Assembly: GCA_965248055.1 (NCBI GenBank)
Contig: CBDFIJ010000004.1
Location: forward strand, 480,001-544,000
Reading direction: 5' to 3'
Length of the DNA: 64,000 nt
Origin: Candidatus Multivoradales bacterium
GTDB lineage: Bacteria > Acidobacteriota > Thermoanaerobaculia > Multivoradales > JAHEKO01
Part shown: positions 40,325 to 50,400 of the stretch, one piece after another
Layout: each line of letters starts with the position of its first letter
Numbering within the stretch: the first letter of the stretch is position 1
Translations under genes and position numbers: made by a program
The notes under the pieces: generated by a model
Seen by the model: only the letters and a program-made list of their open reading frames with translations
Databases searched by the model: none
Told to the model about the DNA's origin: nothing

Positions 40325-41215
40325 GACGATCTTGGCCTGGGCCGGAATCGGATCCACAGCTCCCCGGAACCGGTTGAGGTAGTCGATCAGAGTTCCACCG
40401 CTTCCCGCTTGGCCGGCTTCATAGTCTTTGAAATCAGACCGGAACCAATCAAAAATCTTGGATAGATGGACAGTTGTGCTCGCAGAGTCGTAGCGACAAT
40501 TACCTTCCTGGTTGACAAACTCGGTCATAGCTGCAGTCAACTGGGAGTCTAAGATCTCAGCTTCAAACGGTTCTTGGGGTAATCGCGGACAACCGCGAGA
40601 TGCACAGTTGAGGGCGGCGTGAATCCGCGGATCGTGAAACTGCGCCCGCACGATCTCGTTCTCAAGCTTGTTGAGGCTCATGCGCTCGCCGCCAAGTTGG
40701 TACTTATTGCCAACGAAAAAACCCGCACCGGTACCCGTCCAACCCCAGACCGTGTCCTTACCTGCCGGTAAATTCAGCACTCCACGAAAGACCAACGCGT
40801 TGTATGCGTTGACATAATAAGCCAAGGCATGGTTTTGACTGGGGAACAACTCTGGGCGATTCATCGGGCTGATCGTCTTCACTTGATCCAGATAGGACTC
40901 CAAGGCTTGAGGATGGTCTTCCAGAGAGGCGTAGTCCACCTGTCCGTCGGCATCGACAAACCGGAGCAGAACTTCAGCCCACCCAAAATGATCGTAGGTG
41001 GTGCGACTGAAAATCTTGTGCGGCTCTTCCGCCATCACTCCCCCTGTGCAATTGGTCGCAACCAGCACACCCACTACAACTTGTCGTATCTGTTTTCCGC
41101 GCATGCCCCTTCTACGCGCCTGTGCACCGCCCGAAACGCAAAGCCAGGGCGCCAGCCCTTGGTTGAAACAGACCCAGCATCCTGTCCATCTCCCTCCAGC
41201 GGGCAAACGGCCCTT

Positions 41216-42091
41216 CTAGAGAAACAGAACGTCGATCGCAGTGGTGACAAACAACCAGGTCGCAAGCAGTCCATTCGCCAGAAAAAAAGCTGCATTGAGA
41301 CGCGAAAGGTCACCAGGACGCACCACCCAATGTTGATACGCCAGCAGTGCTGCACAGCCGATGACGCCAACCCAATAGGCGATTCCCAAGCCAAGGGGAT
41401 AGAAACGCGGCAATACCGCTAGAACGCCGAGCATCGCAACATGCAACAAACTCGAGACCCACAATGACCCCACCTGACCGATCGCGGCCGGGATCGAATG
41501 CAAGCCGCTCTTGCGGTCGTGCTCCATGTCTTGCAAGGCGTAAAGAATGTCGAAGCCAGCGACCCACAACACCACCACAACCGCCAACAAGATGGGAGTT
41601 GTGGCTACCGAGCCCTGGACCGCGATCCAAGCGCCCAACGGTGCGCCACTCAAAGCCAGCCCCAGCACCAGATGGGATAACGCGGTGAAACGTTTGGTCA
41701 GGGAGTAGCCAAGGATGATCGGCAGCGCGACAAAAGCCAACTTAAAGGTCAAGGCGTTGAGCTGCCAGGCAGCCAGCAACAGCAACCCGACACTGGCTGT
41801 GACAAACAATCCGACAAAAGTTGTACTCACCGACCCAGCTGGCAGCGCGCGATCGGCGGTGCGCGGATTAACCGCATCAATACGCTGATCCACCAGCCGA
41901 TTGAAGGCCATCGCCGCACTTCTGGCACCCACCATCGCCACCACAATCCACCCCACCACGCGCCATGACGGCCAGCCCTCGGCCGCTAACACCATGCCCA
42001 GGAACGCAAAAGGAAGCGCGAACACCGTGTGTTCGAACTTGATCATATTGAGCACGGTCCGAATCTGACTTGCTCTGGAACTCGTTGACAT
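41216..42091 (-). CDS. UbiA-like polyprenyltransferase (MqnP-type)
   Basis: MIKFEHTVFALPFA, FNRLVD..ID..NPRT, GFDILYALQD. Confidence 0.9.
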   Translation of the reverse strand: MSTSSRASQIRTVLNMIKFEHTVFALPFAFLGMVLAAEGWPSWRVVGWIVVAMVGARSAAMAFNRLVDQRIDAVNPRTADRALPAGSVSTTFVGLFVTASVGLLLLAAWQLNALTFKLAFVALPIILGYSLTKRFTALSHLVLGLALSGAPLGAWIAVQGSVATTPILLAVVVVLWVAGFDILYALQDMEHDRKSGLHSIPAAIGQVGSLWVSSLLHVAMLGVLAVLPRFYPLGLGIAYWVGVIGCAALLAYQHWVVRPGDLSRLNAAFFLANGLLATWLFVTTAIDVLFL

Positions 42092-42289
42092 ATACTAAAT
42101 TGCTTATTTTAAATACGTTACAGTTCTGTTGTCAGACGGTCTCTTTCGCACCTGTACGCTTTGACTCGCTGCCACAAGGTAACTCTGAGGTCACTTTTTC
42201 TTCTTGGAACTACCGGAACATCGTAAAGCAAGGATCGAACTCGTGGGTAAGTCATCAGCATCAGGGCAACACAATCGTATCGGAGCGCG

Positions 42290-42460
42290 AACCGGTCGGA
42301 AGCTCACCGTGCGGATGATCGGCAAAGCACAGCATACCGGCACATCCTACGGCGATGCTCCCGGTGGCGCCAAGCAAGAAATTCTCTGGGATACCGAGGT
42401 AGCAGGGCTTGGGCTAAGGATCTACCCATCTGGGCGTCGATCGTGGTCCACTCGGCGCAT
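42290..42460 (+). pseudogene. integrase arm-type DNA-binding domain fragment
   Basis: ILWDTEVAGLGLRIYPSGRRSW; no catalytic domain follows. Confidence 0.65.
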
Positions 42461-42604
42461 GGCCGACTGCGGTGATCTTTTTGGGGGTACACCTGGCGAC
42501 CGTCTCATTATCGGAACAAGGTCCAAATGGGACTCCTTAAGAGAGCGTGGAGACTTCTAGGGCAAACCTGGCTGCCACCTCTCCACTCTCGCTGCACTAG
42601 TTTC

Positions 42605-42632
42605 TTGACTTCCGAGCCCAAAGGCGTACCCT
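42605..42632 (+). promoter_or_regulatory. sigma70-like promoter of TA module (leaderless)
   Basis: TTGACT-N16-TACCCT-N7-ATG. Confidence 0.5.
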
Positions 42633-42639
42633 TTTTAAC

Positions 42640-42870
42640 ATGACGACTAAAGCCGATGTCCAACGAGAAGCGCTCAAGTTACCAACTCAGGAGCGAGTTG
42701 AACTCGCCGTCGAGATTTGGGAGAGCGTCGGCACCGAATCGGTCCCTGTACCGGACTGGCACCGCGAGGTCATCCGTGAACGTCTTGCAGCTCTCGACGA
42801 GCTTCCGGCAGACAAACGTTCCGCAACTTGGGAAGAAGCCCATGAGCGGGTATTTTCAAACGGAGCATGA
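42640..42870 (+). CDS. addiction module antitoxin (TIGR02574-like)
   Basis: ALKLPTQERVELAVEIWESV...PDWHREVIRERL...TWEE; ATGA overlap with the toxin. Confidence 0.8.
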   Translation: MTTKADVQREALKLPTQERVELAVEIWESVGTESVPVPDWHREVIRERLAALDELPADKRSATWEEAHERVFSNGA

Positions 42871-43164
42871 AGCTTTCGGTTCGACTAACAGCCGCAGCAG
42901 AGCAAGACCTACTCCTCGCCCACCTCTGGTATGCGGAGGAAGCTCCGCACATGATCGAAGCTCTCGTTGAGGAGCTACGACAAAGCTATCAACGTATCTC
43001 GGATACTCCAAAGTTCTACCAAGAAGCTAGAGCCTACTGTGCGAGCTGCTCCGCTTCGGCGATTTCCTTTCTCTATCTACTACCGCATCCTGACCACAGC
43101 GATCGAAGCCATCGCCGTGCTGCACCAAGCGAGAGATCCTCGCACTTGGAGAGGGCGAATATAA
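42867..43164 (+). pseudogene. RelE/ParE toxin with +1 frameshift near 43024
   Basis: N-half TAAAEQDL..WY.. in one frame; C-half RRFPFSIYY..IAVLHQARDP in the next. Confidence 0.8.
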
Positions 43165-43470
43165 GTTCGCCGTCATAACAGTTCAGAGCTTTGGGGCTCC
43201 ATCGTCGACGTGGGCTTCGGTCACGGCCTTTGGTGATTGAGCAATCGCGAATTCATTCACTACAAGTCCCAACGCAGTAAGTTCCATGGCGTGCCTTTCG
43301 CTGTCTAACTTTCGATCCTGCTCCGGTCGCTTTCAAGGCGGGTTTTGGATGGATTGCCCTGACGACCTCACCGCGCTAAGTCAAAGGCGTTCGGAACGCA
43401 AAGTCAATAATCCGTAGACGATTAGGCCAACCTTACTTGCAAGGTACGTAATTTGTTGTCGAAGAGCAAT

Positions 43471-46104
43471 TCAGTGGGCTTGGTGTTCGCCACCAGTCGC
43501 ACCGGAGCCGAACGTGAACTCGGATCGAGTTGCCAATTGATAGTTCTCAGCCCCCTCGCTAACCACGATGAAACGATTGGTCGGAACATTGAGTAAAGTC
43601 TGTCGAGGTTGCCCGTTTGGCCAATCGATTTCTATTTTTTTGATCTGAGCATCTTGGCCAAGCCCAATGTGCTGCATCAGCGGCGAAGCGCCAAACGAGC
43701 CACCGCTAGTAACCCAACGCACAACCTGCTTCTCTTCGCCACCGTTTTCGATAATCACTCGAAGACGGGCCCCAATTGCAGCGCGGTTGCTGGTTCGGCC
43801 AACAAGTTTGATCGCAACCCAGTCGTTGCCGTGACCGGGATTCTCAAACAACGCACTTGGATACTTGTCACCGGGAAAAGCACCTCCCATATTCGAAAAG
43901 ATGTCCTGATCCCCATCGTTGTCCAAATCCGCAAACGAAATTCCGTGACCTTTTTGCAAATGGCCGGTACCAGTGGAGGTCGTGACATCAACGAAGCTTT
44001 GTCCACCTTGATTCAAGAACATGCGATTGGGAACCAACATTCCATAGGATGGTGCTCCGGTTCCCAAATAGAAATCTAAAAATCCATCGTTATTGAGATC
44101 ACCATAATTGGCCCCCATCGCCGGAATGAAGCGGCTCATCCCGAGGCTATCGGTCATGTCTTCAAAAGATCCGTTCCCACGGTTGTGATAGATCCGCAAC
44201 GTCTCCCCTTGGGGGGACTGCCCCAGATATTCACGTACCACCTCGTCCATTGTTTGTAAGAACGTAACCACTGCCAGATCCTGCCAACCGTCATTGTCGT
44301 AGTCCCAAAACCAGGTGGCAAAACTGTAAGTGGGTTCATCAACTCCCCACTGAGTTCCAACCTCTTCAAAACGCCCTTCGCCGCGATTGACAAACAAGAG
44401 ATTGCGATCACCAAAATTGGAAACATAAAGATCGGGGCGGCCGTCGCTATTGACGTCACCCCAAGTCGCGCCTTTGGTGAGTGTTCGAAAATACATTCCA
44501 GCCGGTATCGTCGTATCTTCGAACGTACCATCACCTCGATTGCGAAATAACTGGCTAAAGGACATCTCATGACCTAGGAAAACGTCCAACCAACCGTCCC
44601 CGTCGTAGTCAGCCCATGCCGCAGTGTGGGTGCGATGGGCCGGGCCGCCCAATCCCACTTCGGCGGTTACGTCTTCAAATACCACTCCCTCTGAGGTTAA
44701 ACGGTTGCGCAATAAGGAGTTGCGAATCGCAGTCTCCCAACCCCCTCGCATGACAAAGAGGTCGAGACGACCGTCATTGTTGTAATCAACCTGGGTGACG
44801 TTAAGCCCGCCGAACTGGTTGCCTAGTCCGGCAGCTTCGCCAGCATCGGCAAAGCTACCGTCGCCACGATTACGGTAGAAACGCAACGGTTCACAAGGGT
44901 CACGACTGGTTACCACGATGTCGATCAAACCGTCGTTGTCAAAGTCGTCGGTAACACTCCCACCTGCGTTGTCCGAGTAGGCCAGCCCAGCCTCTCCAGC
45001 CACATCCCAGAAACGGCCTACATCGACAGACGAGGCGAAGGACTCCGGCCGAATGAGCACGTTCGTCGGCACCTCTTCTGGATAGCGTCCAAGGATCATA
45101 GCCGCTATGTTGAGCAACCAGCGAACTTCTAGACTCTGCGGATTCCTCTTCAAGTAACTACTGAAGTGCTGAAAGGCTCTTTGAGCACCCAGATCAAGAT
45201 CATGCTGGGCTGCCTCACTGAGTGGAAATAGACACATTTCGCGATGATGATGGTCAAGGCAGTTGTCTACTTCTCCACGCCTCAGTTGAAGAATGCCCAA
45301 GAATTGATCCAGCACATCGTGGTAGCGATGTTGGCCACTCGACGCAGGCGCGGGCAACTTCCCCGCCAATAGCTCAAGCTCTTGGATCGCCTCTTCCAAC
45401 TCACCCCTCAGGGAAAGCACCCCGGTGAACGCCGCATAGGCACGAACCATCTCTTGAGGGGATGCTTCCAAAGGCAACGACCTGACTTTTGCTCTAGCGG
45501 TACTCAGCTGAGTATCGATCAGCCGCTGCTTGGACTGGCAAATAGCTTCCAGGTCTTCAGTATCGACATCAATTTCCTGGCTTAACAACCTCGCATCCGT
45601 CGGCCCCACTGAAAGCAGCGCCCAAATATCTTCTGAAGCCTCGGAATATTGGATCTGTCCAAGCAGCGCGGGCGGTCCGCTGGGTAATACCCGAGCAACC
45701 ACATGCTTGCCATCAGCACCAGAGAGCAGTTGCGGAATACCGTGTGGAGCGTTCTCCAAAAGGTCTCTCAGACCCGGACTGAGCTGAGTCCAAGGGATGC
45801 GTCCCACATAGCTGGTCTCGGGAATCAATAGTTGATCAATAAAGAAGCCAGTCCGCATCGCTCGGTCGACAACACGGGCCTGGTTTTCAGACTCCACGAG
45901 CACCAACTCCACCGTCAACTCTGGGCTCCGCTCTGGCGTCACGGTCGGCTGTGCACTCAGAGGTGGAAAGAGAACCAACAAAAGGACCAGCCACAGCCAG
46001 TTCGTCAACGGTCGAGATAGATCGCCTCGGTCCGCCCCATAATTTCTGAAGATCATTCGAACAAAGGCAGGATGCAAGTGTGTGCGCACAATCGAGGTCG
46101 TCAA
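43471..46104 (-). CDS. CRTAC1-family protein (FG-GAP repeats + ASPIC/UnbV)
   Basis: multiple D-x-(D/N)-x-DG-x-x-D repeats, LRRGEVDNC, SNRAAIGARL, HIGLG, IDWP; true start probably downstream. Confidence 0.88.
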   Translation of the reverse strand: MTTSIVRTHLHPAFVRMIFRNYGADRGDLSRPLTNWLWLVLLLVLFPPLSAQPTVTPERSPELTVELVLVESENQARVVDRAMRTGFFIDQLLIPETSYVGRIPWTQLSPGLRDLLENAPHGIPQLLSGADGKHVVARVLPSGPPALLGQIQYSEASEDIWALLSVGPTDARLLSQEIDVDTEDLEAICQSKQRLIDTQLSTARAKVRSLPLEASPQEMVRAYAAFTGVLSLRGELEEAIQELELLAGKLPAPASSGQHRYHDVLDQFLGILQLRRGEVDNCLDHHHREMCLFPLSEAAQHDLDLGAQRAFQHFSSYLKRNPQSLEVRWLLNIAAMILGRYPEEVPTNVLIRPESFASSVDVGRFWDVAGEAGLAYSDNAGGSVTDDFDNDGLIDIVVTSRDPCEPLRFYRNRGDGSFADAGEAAGLGNQFGGLNVTQVDYNNDGRLDLFVMRGGWETAIRNSLLRNRLTSEGVVFEDVTAEVGLGGPAHRTHTAAWADYDGDGWLDVFLGHEMSFSQLFRNRGDGTFEDTTIPAGMYFRTLTKGATWGDVNSDGRPDLYVSNFGDRNLLFVNRGEGRFEEVGTQWGVDEPTYSFATWFWDYDNDGWQDLAVVTFLQTMDEVVREYLGQSPQGETLRIYHNRGNGSFEDMTDSLGMSRFIPAMGANYGDLNNDGFLDFYLGTGAPSYGMLVPNRMFLNQGGQSFVDVTTSTGTGHLQKGHGISFADLDNDGDQDIFSNMGGAFPGDKYPSALFENPGHGNDWVAIKLVGRTSNRAAIGARLRVIIENGGEEKQVVRWVTSGGSFGASPLMQHIGLGQDAQIKKIEIDWPNGQPRQTLLNVPTNRFIVVSEGAENYQLATRSEFTFGSGATGGEHQAH

Positions 46105-46247
46105 TGAAACACAGCGTTTATGACTCGATATGTCATCGCAACTAACTTAATACCATACCCGATCATACTTGAGTACTTGACTCCAATGGGAGTAACCGCT
46201 GCTGCTACGCTGCGGCCAGCTTTGTGTCCCTCGGAGGTCGTTGACGT

Positions 46248-47320
46248 ATGCGCCGAACCATACTGTCCCTCCGCAGTCTGAGTTGTTTGTCGACTTTTGG
46301 CTCAATCGCTGTGGCAACGCCAGGTGCGATTTCTGCTCAGATTGACCTCGACCCAGAAGCCCCATCCAGTTATTTCGATGCCATGCCGGTGCATGGAAGT
46401 TCGGTTCGGACGCGGGCCTTGCTCGACCTAATCGACGCAACTTGCGTGGAAATCAGCGGTCCTTGTATTCCCGGGGGTCGAATTGCTGCAAACGCTATTC
46501 GGCGGCAGTTATCGCGACGAGCTCCCGGATTTCGTGGTTCAACTGGTGGGCGGCGAAGACGAGCCGCTCCGCGCTCGGCAACCGGTGTTGTTATTCAACC
46601 GTAAGAACACGCCTTACCTGTTGGGCGTTCAGCACCTCACAGTGCTGGTGTTCTCGGAACGAGAAGTGCCGATGCAGGCTCGTTTGACCACCAGTCAAGA
46701 ACAGCAGGTGAACCCTTTCTCTGGGATGCTGGGAGTGGTGGGATTCAGCGCTGCGGGAAACAACGCGCCGGTGGTCGAGACCGAGGAAAATGCAATCCCG
46801 CTGCGTTGGCGACGCCTAAGTGCTGAGAACGACCCCCAGCCGCTTTACCTTGGTTCGGCCCGTCTCGCTGTGCGTAGCGATAGTGTCGCGAGACTAACCC
46901 TGTTTCCTAACACCATCGACGATGTTCTGTTTCAGTCGATCACCGCTCACCTGAGCAACTCGCGGTCAACCTCCACCGCTTTCGCAGCGGCACTCGCGGC
47001 GACCTTCGATGTGGAAGGTACCGCGCTCGCTGAAAAAGCCTCAGACCCAGCTTTCAACGGCTACGTCTTGGCAAAGTTCTATCTTCCCGGCAGAAGGCCT
47101 CTGCTGGAGGTCAAGCCCGGACGCGATTCGCTCTATCGTCGCTCGATAGCTGTGGTTTTCGGCACCAACCTCACCAACGAGGCTTTCAACGAAATTGTCG
47201 CCGGGCTTTCTTTCAGTCACTTGATCGCGAAGGCAGTCGTGGTGATCGACCAACTGGGTCAGTACGGCAGACGGTGATCGCGAACCCAAGGTAGTGGCGG
47301 GCATTGATTTCACTTTCTAG
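46248..47320 (+). pseudogene. secreted/outer-membrane hypothetical protein split by two frameshifts
   Basis: signal-peptide ORF from 46248 joins ORF 46483 at the G5 run 46473-46477; second shift near 47249 gives tail NWVSTADGDREPKVVAGIDFTF*. Confidence 0.55.
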
Positions 47321-47372
47321 GTGAGGTCGCCCAAGTCTGCTCCCCGCCGCTCTGTCTAGCCAAGACTCGTGG

Positions 47373-48677
47373 CTAGCTGAGCAAGTCAGGACGTTGGATG
47401 GTCTCTTCGCGCTGCGGACCGGTGGAGACAATGGCAATTGGGGTTGCCAGTGCGGTTTCCAGGTACTCCACGTAACGCCGCGCGTTCTCGGGCAGTCGAT
47501 GAAAATCGGTGACGCCGACGGTGTTGGTTTGCCATCCAGGGCAAACCTCAAGCACCGGGCGCGCTGCGGCGAGGTCCTCGATCGACGCCGGAAACGACTC
47601 CACCCGGACCCCGTTGATGTCATAGGCAACGCAGACCGGGATCTCAGCCAATTCGTCGAGCACGTCCATCTTGGTCAGGGCGATCGCGCCACATCCGTTG
47701 ATTTCCTGGGCGTAGCGCAGCGCTACCAAGTCAATCCAACCGCAACGCCGGGGACGACCGGTAGTGGTACCAACCTCATTGCCGCGCTCGCGCAGGTGTT
47801 CGCCGAACGCGTCCAACAGCTCACTCGGGAACGGTCCCTCGCCAACTCTGCTGGTGTAGGCCTTGGTCACTCCGAGAACGTTGGTGGTTTCCCGTGGCGG
47901 TACGCCGGTGCCGGCTGAGACACCGCCAGCGGTAGCGCTGGAGCTGGTAACAAACGGATAGGTGCCGAGTCCACAATCGAGCAGCGCTCCTTGGGCTCCT
48001 TCAAACAGAATGCGTTTGCGCTGGCGTACCAAGCCGTGCAGCATCGCGGTGGTATCCGCAACGTAGCCAGACAGCGTTTCGCGCCAGATCTCGGCGGTTT
48101 CCATCAACCCGGAGAACGACCCGGACTCTTCTCCCGTCTCGTGATTGGCCCTCTGCCACAGAGCCCGTAGCCGGTCTTCAATACCCTCGGACCACAACTC
48201 CCAGAAAGCGATTCCCGAACGAGACGCTCGGCTTTCATAGGCCGGGCCGATGCCCCGAGCGGTGGTACCAATTTGGTTCTTGCGGGCTGCTTCGCGAGCA
48301 ACGTCTAGATGTCGATGAAGATTCAGCACCACGGTCGCCCGATCGGAAATAAACAGCCGCCCGTGCGACTCGACTCCGCGCTCGCGCAGTCCTTCGACTT
48401 CACCCAGGAACGCCTCGGGGTCGACCACCACGCCACTGCCCAAGATGCAGGTTGTTTCGGAGTGCAGAATGCCGCTGGGAATCAAGTGCAAAACGAAGTG
48501 CTGGTCTTCAAATTTGACCGTGTGCCCGGCGTTGTTTCCACCCTGATAACGCACCACAGCGTCAAAACTGGGACACAGCAGATCAACAATCTTGCCCTTG
48601 CCTTCGTCTCCCCACTGCATACCCAAGACGGTTAGATTTTTCGAACGACGATATTTCATAATTTGGGGGGCCATCAC
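47373..48677 (-). CDS. purA: adenylosuccinate synthetase
   Basis: QWGDEGKGK, GGNNAGHT, EGAQG, GTTTGRPRRCGW. Confidence 0.97.
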   Translation of the reverse strand: MMAPQIMKYRRSKNLTVLGMQWGDEGKGKIVDLLCPSFDAVVRYQGGNNAGHTVKFEDQHFVLHLIPSGILHSETTCILGSGVVVDPEAFLGEVEGLRERGVESHGRLFISDRATVVLNLHRHLDVAREAARKNQIGTTARGIGPAYESRASRSGIAFWELWSEGIEDRLRALWQRANHETGEESGSFSGLMETAEIWRETLSGYVADTTAMLHGLVRQRKRILFEGAQGALLDCGLGTYPFVTSSSATAGGVSAGTGVPPRETTNVLGVTKAYTSRVGEGPFPSELLDAFGEHLRERGNEVGTTTGRPRRCGWIDLVALRYAQEINGCGAIALTKMDVLDELAEIPVCVAYDINGVRVESFPASIEDLAAARPVLEVCPGWQTNTVGVTDFHRLPENARRYVEYLETALATPIAIVSTGPQREETIQRPDLLS

Positions 48678-48864
48678 GGTTGCTGGCGACGGACACCCGA
48701 CGCTACCAGGGGCCGTGTGCCGCTACAAGAAGCGATTCGACGAGTATCGGCACCCGGATCAGCTCAACGATCGCAATGAGCAAGCTGTGCGACCCGGCTT
48801 GGAACCCGCTAAGCTACCCGGGCGTAGGAAGTTATCCGTTTCTAGGCGATCGGAGGTCGACTTG

Positions 48865-50400
48865 ATGAAAATCCCCTCTCTCATTCTCAAACAGCTCTAT
48901 ACCTTCGGCACCCTGGAAAACAAGAATGCCAACGTCGTTTTCCAGCTGAAAAACCGACTCAGCGACGCCCAGCTCACCGGAGTCGAAGGGATCAAAATCA
49001 ATGGGGAGTCTGTGGACGGTGATCGAATCACCCTGCGTCAGGGCGAGCAGCAGGTCTCTGTAGGGGCAATTTCCACAGAGCAACCCTTTGCTTTCCCGCT
49101 CGGAAGTTTGGCCGAAATCGAAATTAGCGATCTCACTCTGAAGGAAGGACGCCACAACCTCGCCTTTCACTTCCTTGCCGAACCATTTGGAAAACTGAAG
49201 TTTGAGGTCCGCGACGCAATTGCCGAGAGAGTTCATCGAGTCAGCGTGCCCTATGACCAGGATGATGACTACAGCCACCAGGCGATCAGTTCCCGTCAGG
49301 AGTTCATCAAGAAAACCTCGGGTGCGAACCTGGAGCACTTGGGGCAGTATTCGTTCGACCCTGGGGTGACTCAAGGCAACATCGAAAACTTCACCGGGGT
49401 GGCGCAGGTACCACTGGGTTTCGCTGGACCGTTGACGGTGCACGGCGAGCACGCTGACGGCGACTTCCTGGTGCCCTTGGCAACCACCGAGGGCACTCTG
49501 GTTGCTTCCTACAACCGGGGGATCAAGGCACTCAACCTGTCCGGAGGCTGCATCGCCACGGTGGTCGACGATTCGATGCAACGGGCTCCGGTCTTCGTTT
49601 TTGACTCGGCCCGCGAGGCGCGCGGGTTTCGCGATTGGGTTTACCAGAACATCGACCGCATCCGAACTGAGGCAGAAAACACTTCGAGCATCGCCAAGCT
49701 GGTTTCGATTGAGACCTTTTTGGCCGCTCGCTTTGCCTACCTGCGGTTTAACTTCACCACCGGAGACGCCGCCGGGCAGAACATGGTTGGCCGGGCCACC
49801 TTTGCCGCCTGTTCGTGGATCCTGGATAACCACGACGAGATTCGACGTTTCTACTTGGAGTCCAATCTGGCGACGGACAAGAAAGCCTCGCAGGTCAACG
49901 TGATGCGCACCCGGGGTAAGCGAGTGGTGGCGGAAGCAACCTTGGATCGCGAAGTGTTGGCCCAACACATGCGAGTCCGGCCGGAATCGTTGCAGTATCA
50001 CTCCCAAGTGGCCAACGTCGGTGCCTTCTTGTCGGGCGCTAACAACAACGGTTGTCATTCTCCCAACGCCATCACCGCCATGTTTATCGCCACCGGCCAG
50101 GATGTCGCCAACGTTTCCGAGTCGTCGGCAGCGATCTTTTACTCTGAACTCCTCGAGTCGGGTGATCTGTACGTCTCGCTGACCATTCCTTCTTTGATCG
50201 TCGCCACCTACGGCGGCGGCACCGGTCTGCCCACCCAGCGCGAGTGCCTGGAAGTAATGGACTGCTATGGCAAAGGCAAGGTCCGCAAATTCGCCGAAAT
50301 CGTCACCGCGGTCGCCTTGGCTGGCGAGATTTCACTGGCCTCGGCAATCTCCTCATTGGACTGGGTTTCCAGCCACGAACGTTATGGCCGCAACCGCTGA
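48865..50400 (+). CDS. hydroxymethylglutaryl-CoA reductase-like protein (class I-like) with N-terminal extension
   Basis: IENFTG, ATTEGTLVAS, TGDAAGQNM, DKK, TGQD, GGGT, terminal His; GGAGG RBS before MKIPSL. Confidence 0.88.
   Translation: MKIPSLILKQLYTFGTLENKNANVVFQLKNRLSDAQLTGVEGIKINGESVDGDRITLRQGEQQVSVGAISTEQPFAFPLGSLAEIEISDLTLKEGRHNLAFHFLAEPFGKLKFEVRDAIAERVHRVSVPYDQDDDYSHQAISSRQEFIKKTSGANLEHLGQYSFDPGVTQGNIENFTGVAQVPLGFAGPLTVHGEHADGDFLVPLATTEGTLVASYNRGIKALNLSGGCIATVVDDSMQRAPVFVFDSAREARGFRDWVYQNIDRIRTEAENTSSIAKLVSIETFLAARFAYLRFNFTTGDAAGQNMVGRATFAACSWILDNHDEIRRFYLESNLATDKKASQVNVMRTRGKRVVAEATLDREVLAQHMRVRPESLQYHSQVANVGAFLSGANNNGCHSPNAITAMFIATGQDVANVSESSAAIFYSELLESGDLYVSLTIPSLIVATYGGGTGLPTQRECLEVMDCYGKGKVRKFAEIVTAVALAGEISLASAISSLDWVSSHERYGRNR

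Larger units (their letters stand above)
38905..41104 (-). pseudogene. DUF547 family protein interrupted near its C-terminus by IS256
   Basis: NAYNA, SLNKLE, DPRIHAALNCASRGCP, LSKIFDWF; native tail FLDYDKRLNRQGSSQ* lies beyond the IS at 38952-38905. Confidence 0.88.

Noticed and set aside
43170-43430. Integron attC after the TA module (GTCTAAC at 43303, ATTAGGC at 43421)
   Set aside because: No proper GTTRRRY end, no complementary L boxes and no intI.
47275-47350. Selenocysteine readthrough at TGA 47275 with a downstream hairpin
   Set aside because: Readthrough stops again after 9 codons; a frameshift explains the tail better.
48592-48864. N-terminal extensions in the ORF track for HMGR (also xerD, AarF, acyltransferase, phasin, E2)
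   Set aside because: Better RBS or overlap-coupled starts lie downstream, and most extensions overlap neighbouring genes.
48832-50058. 408-aa antisense ORF, and similar long shadow ORFs at 6367, 11141, 24013, 33772 and 8649
   Set aside because: They lie opposite or in alternate frames of well-supported genes; expected in GC-rich DNA and carry no motifs.
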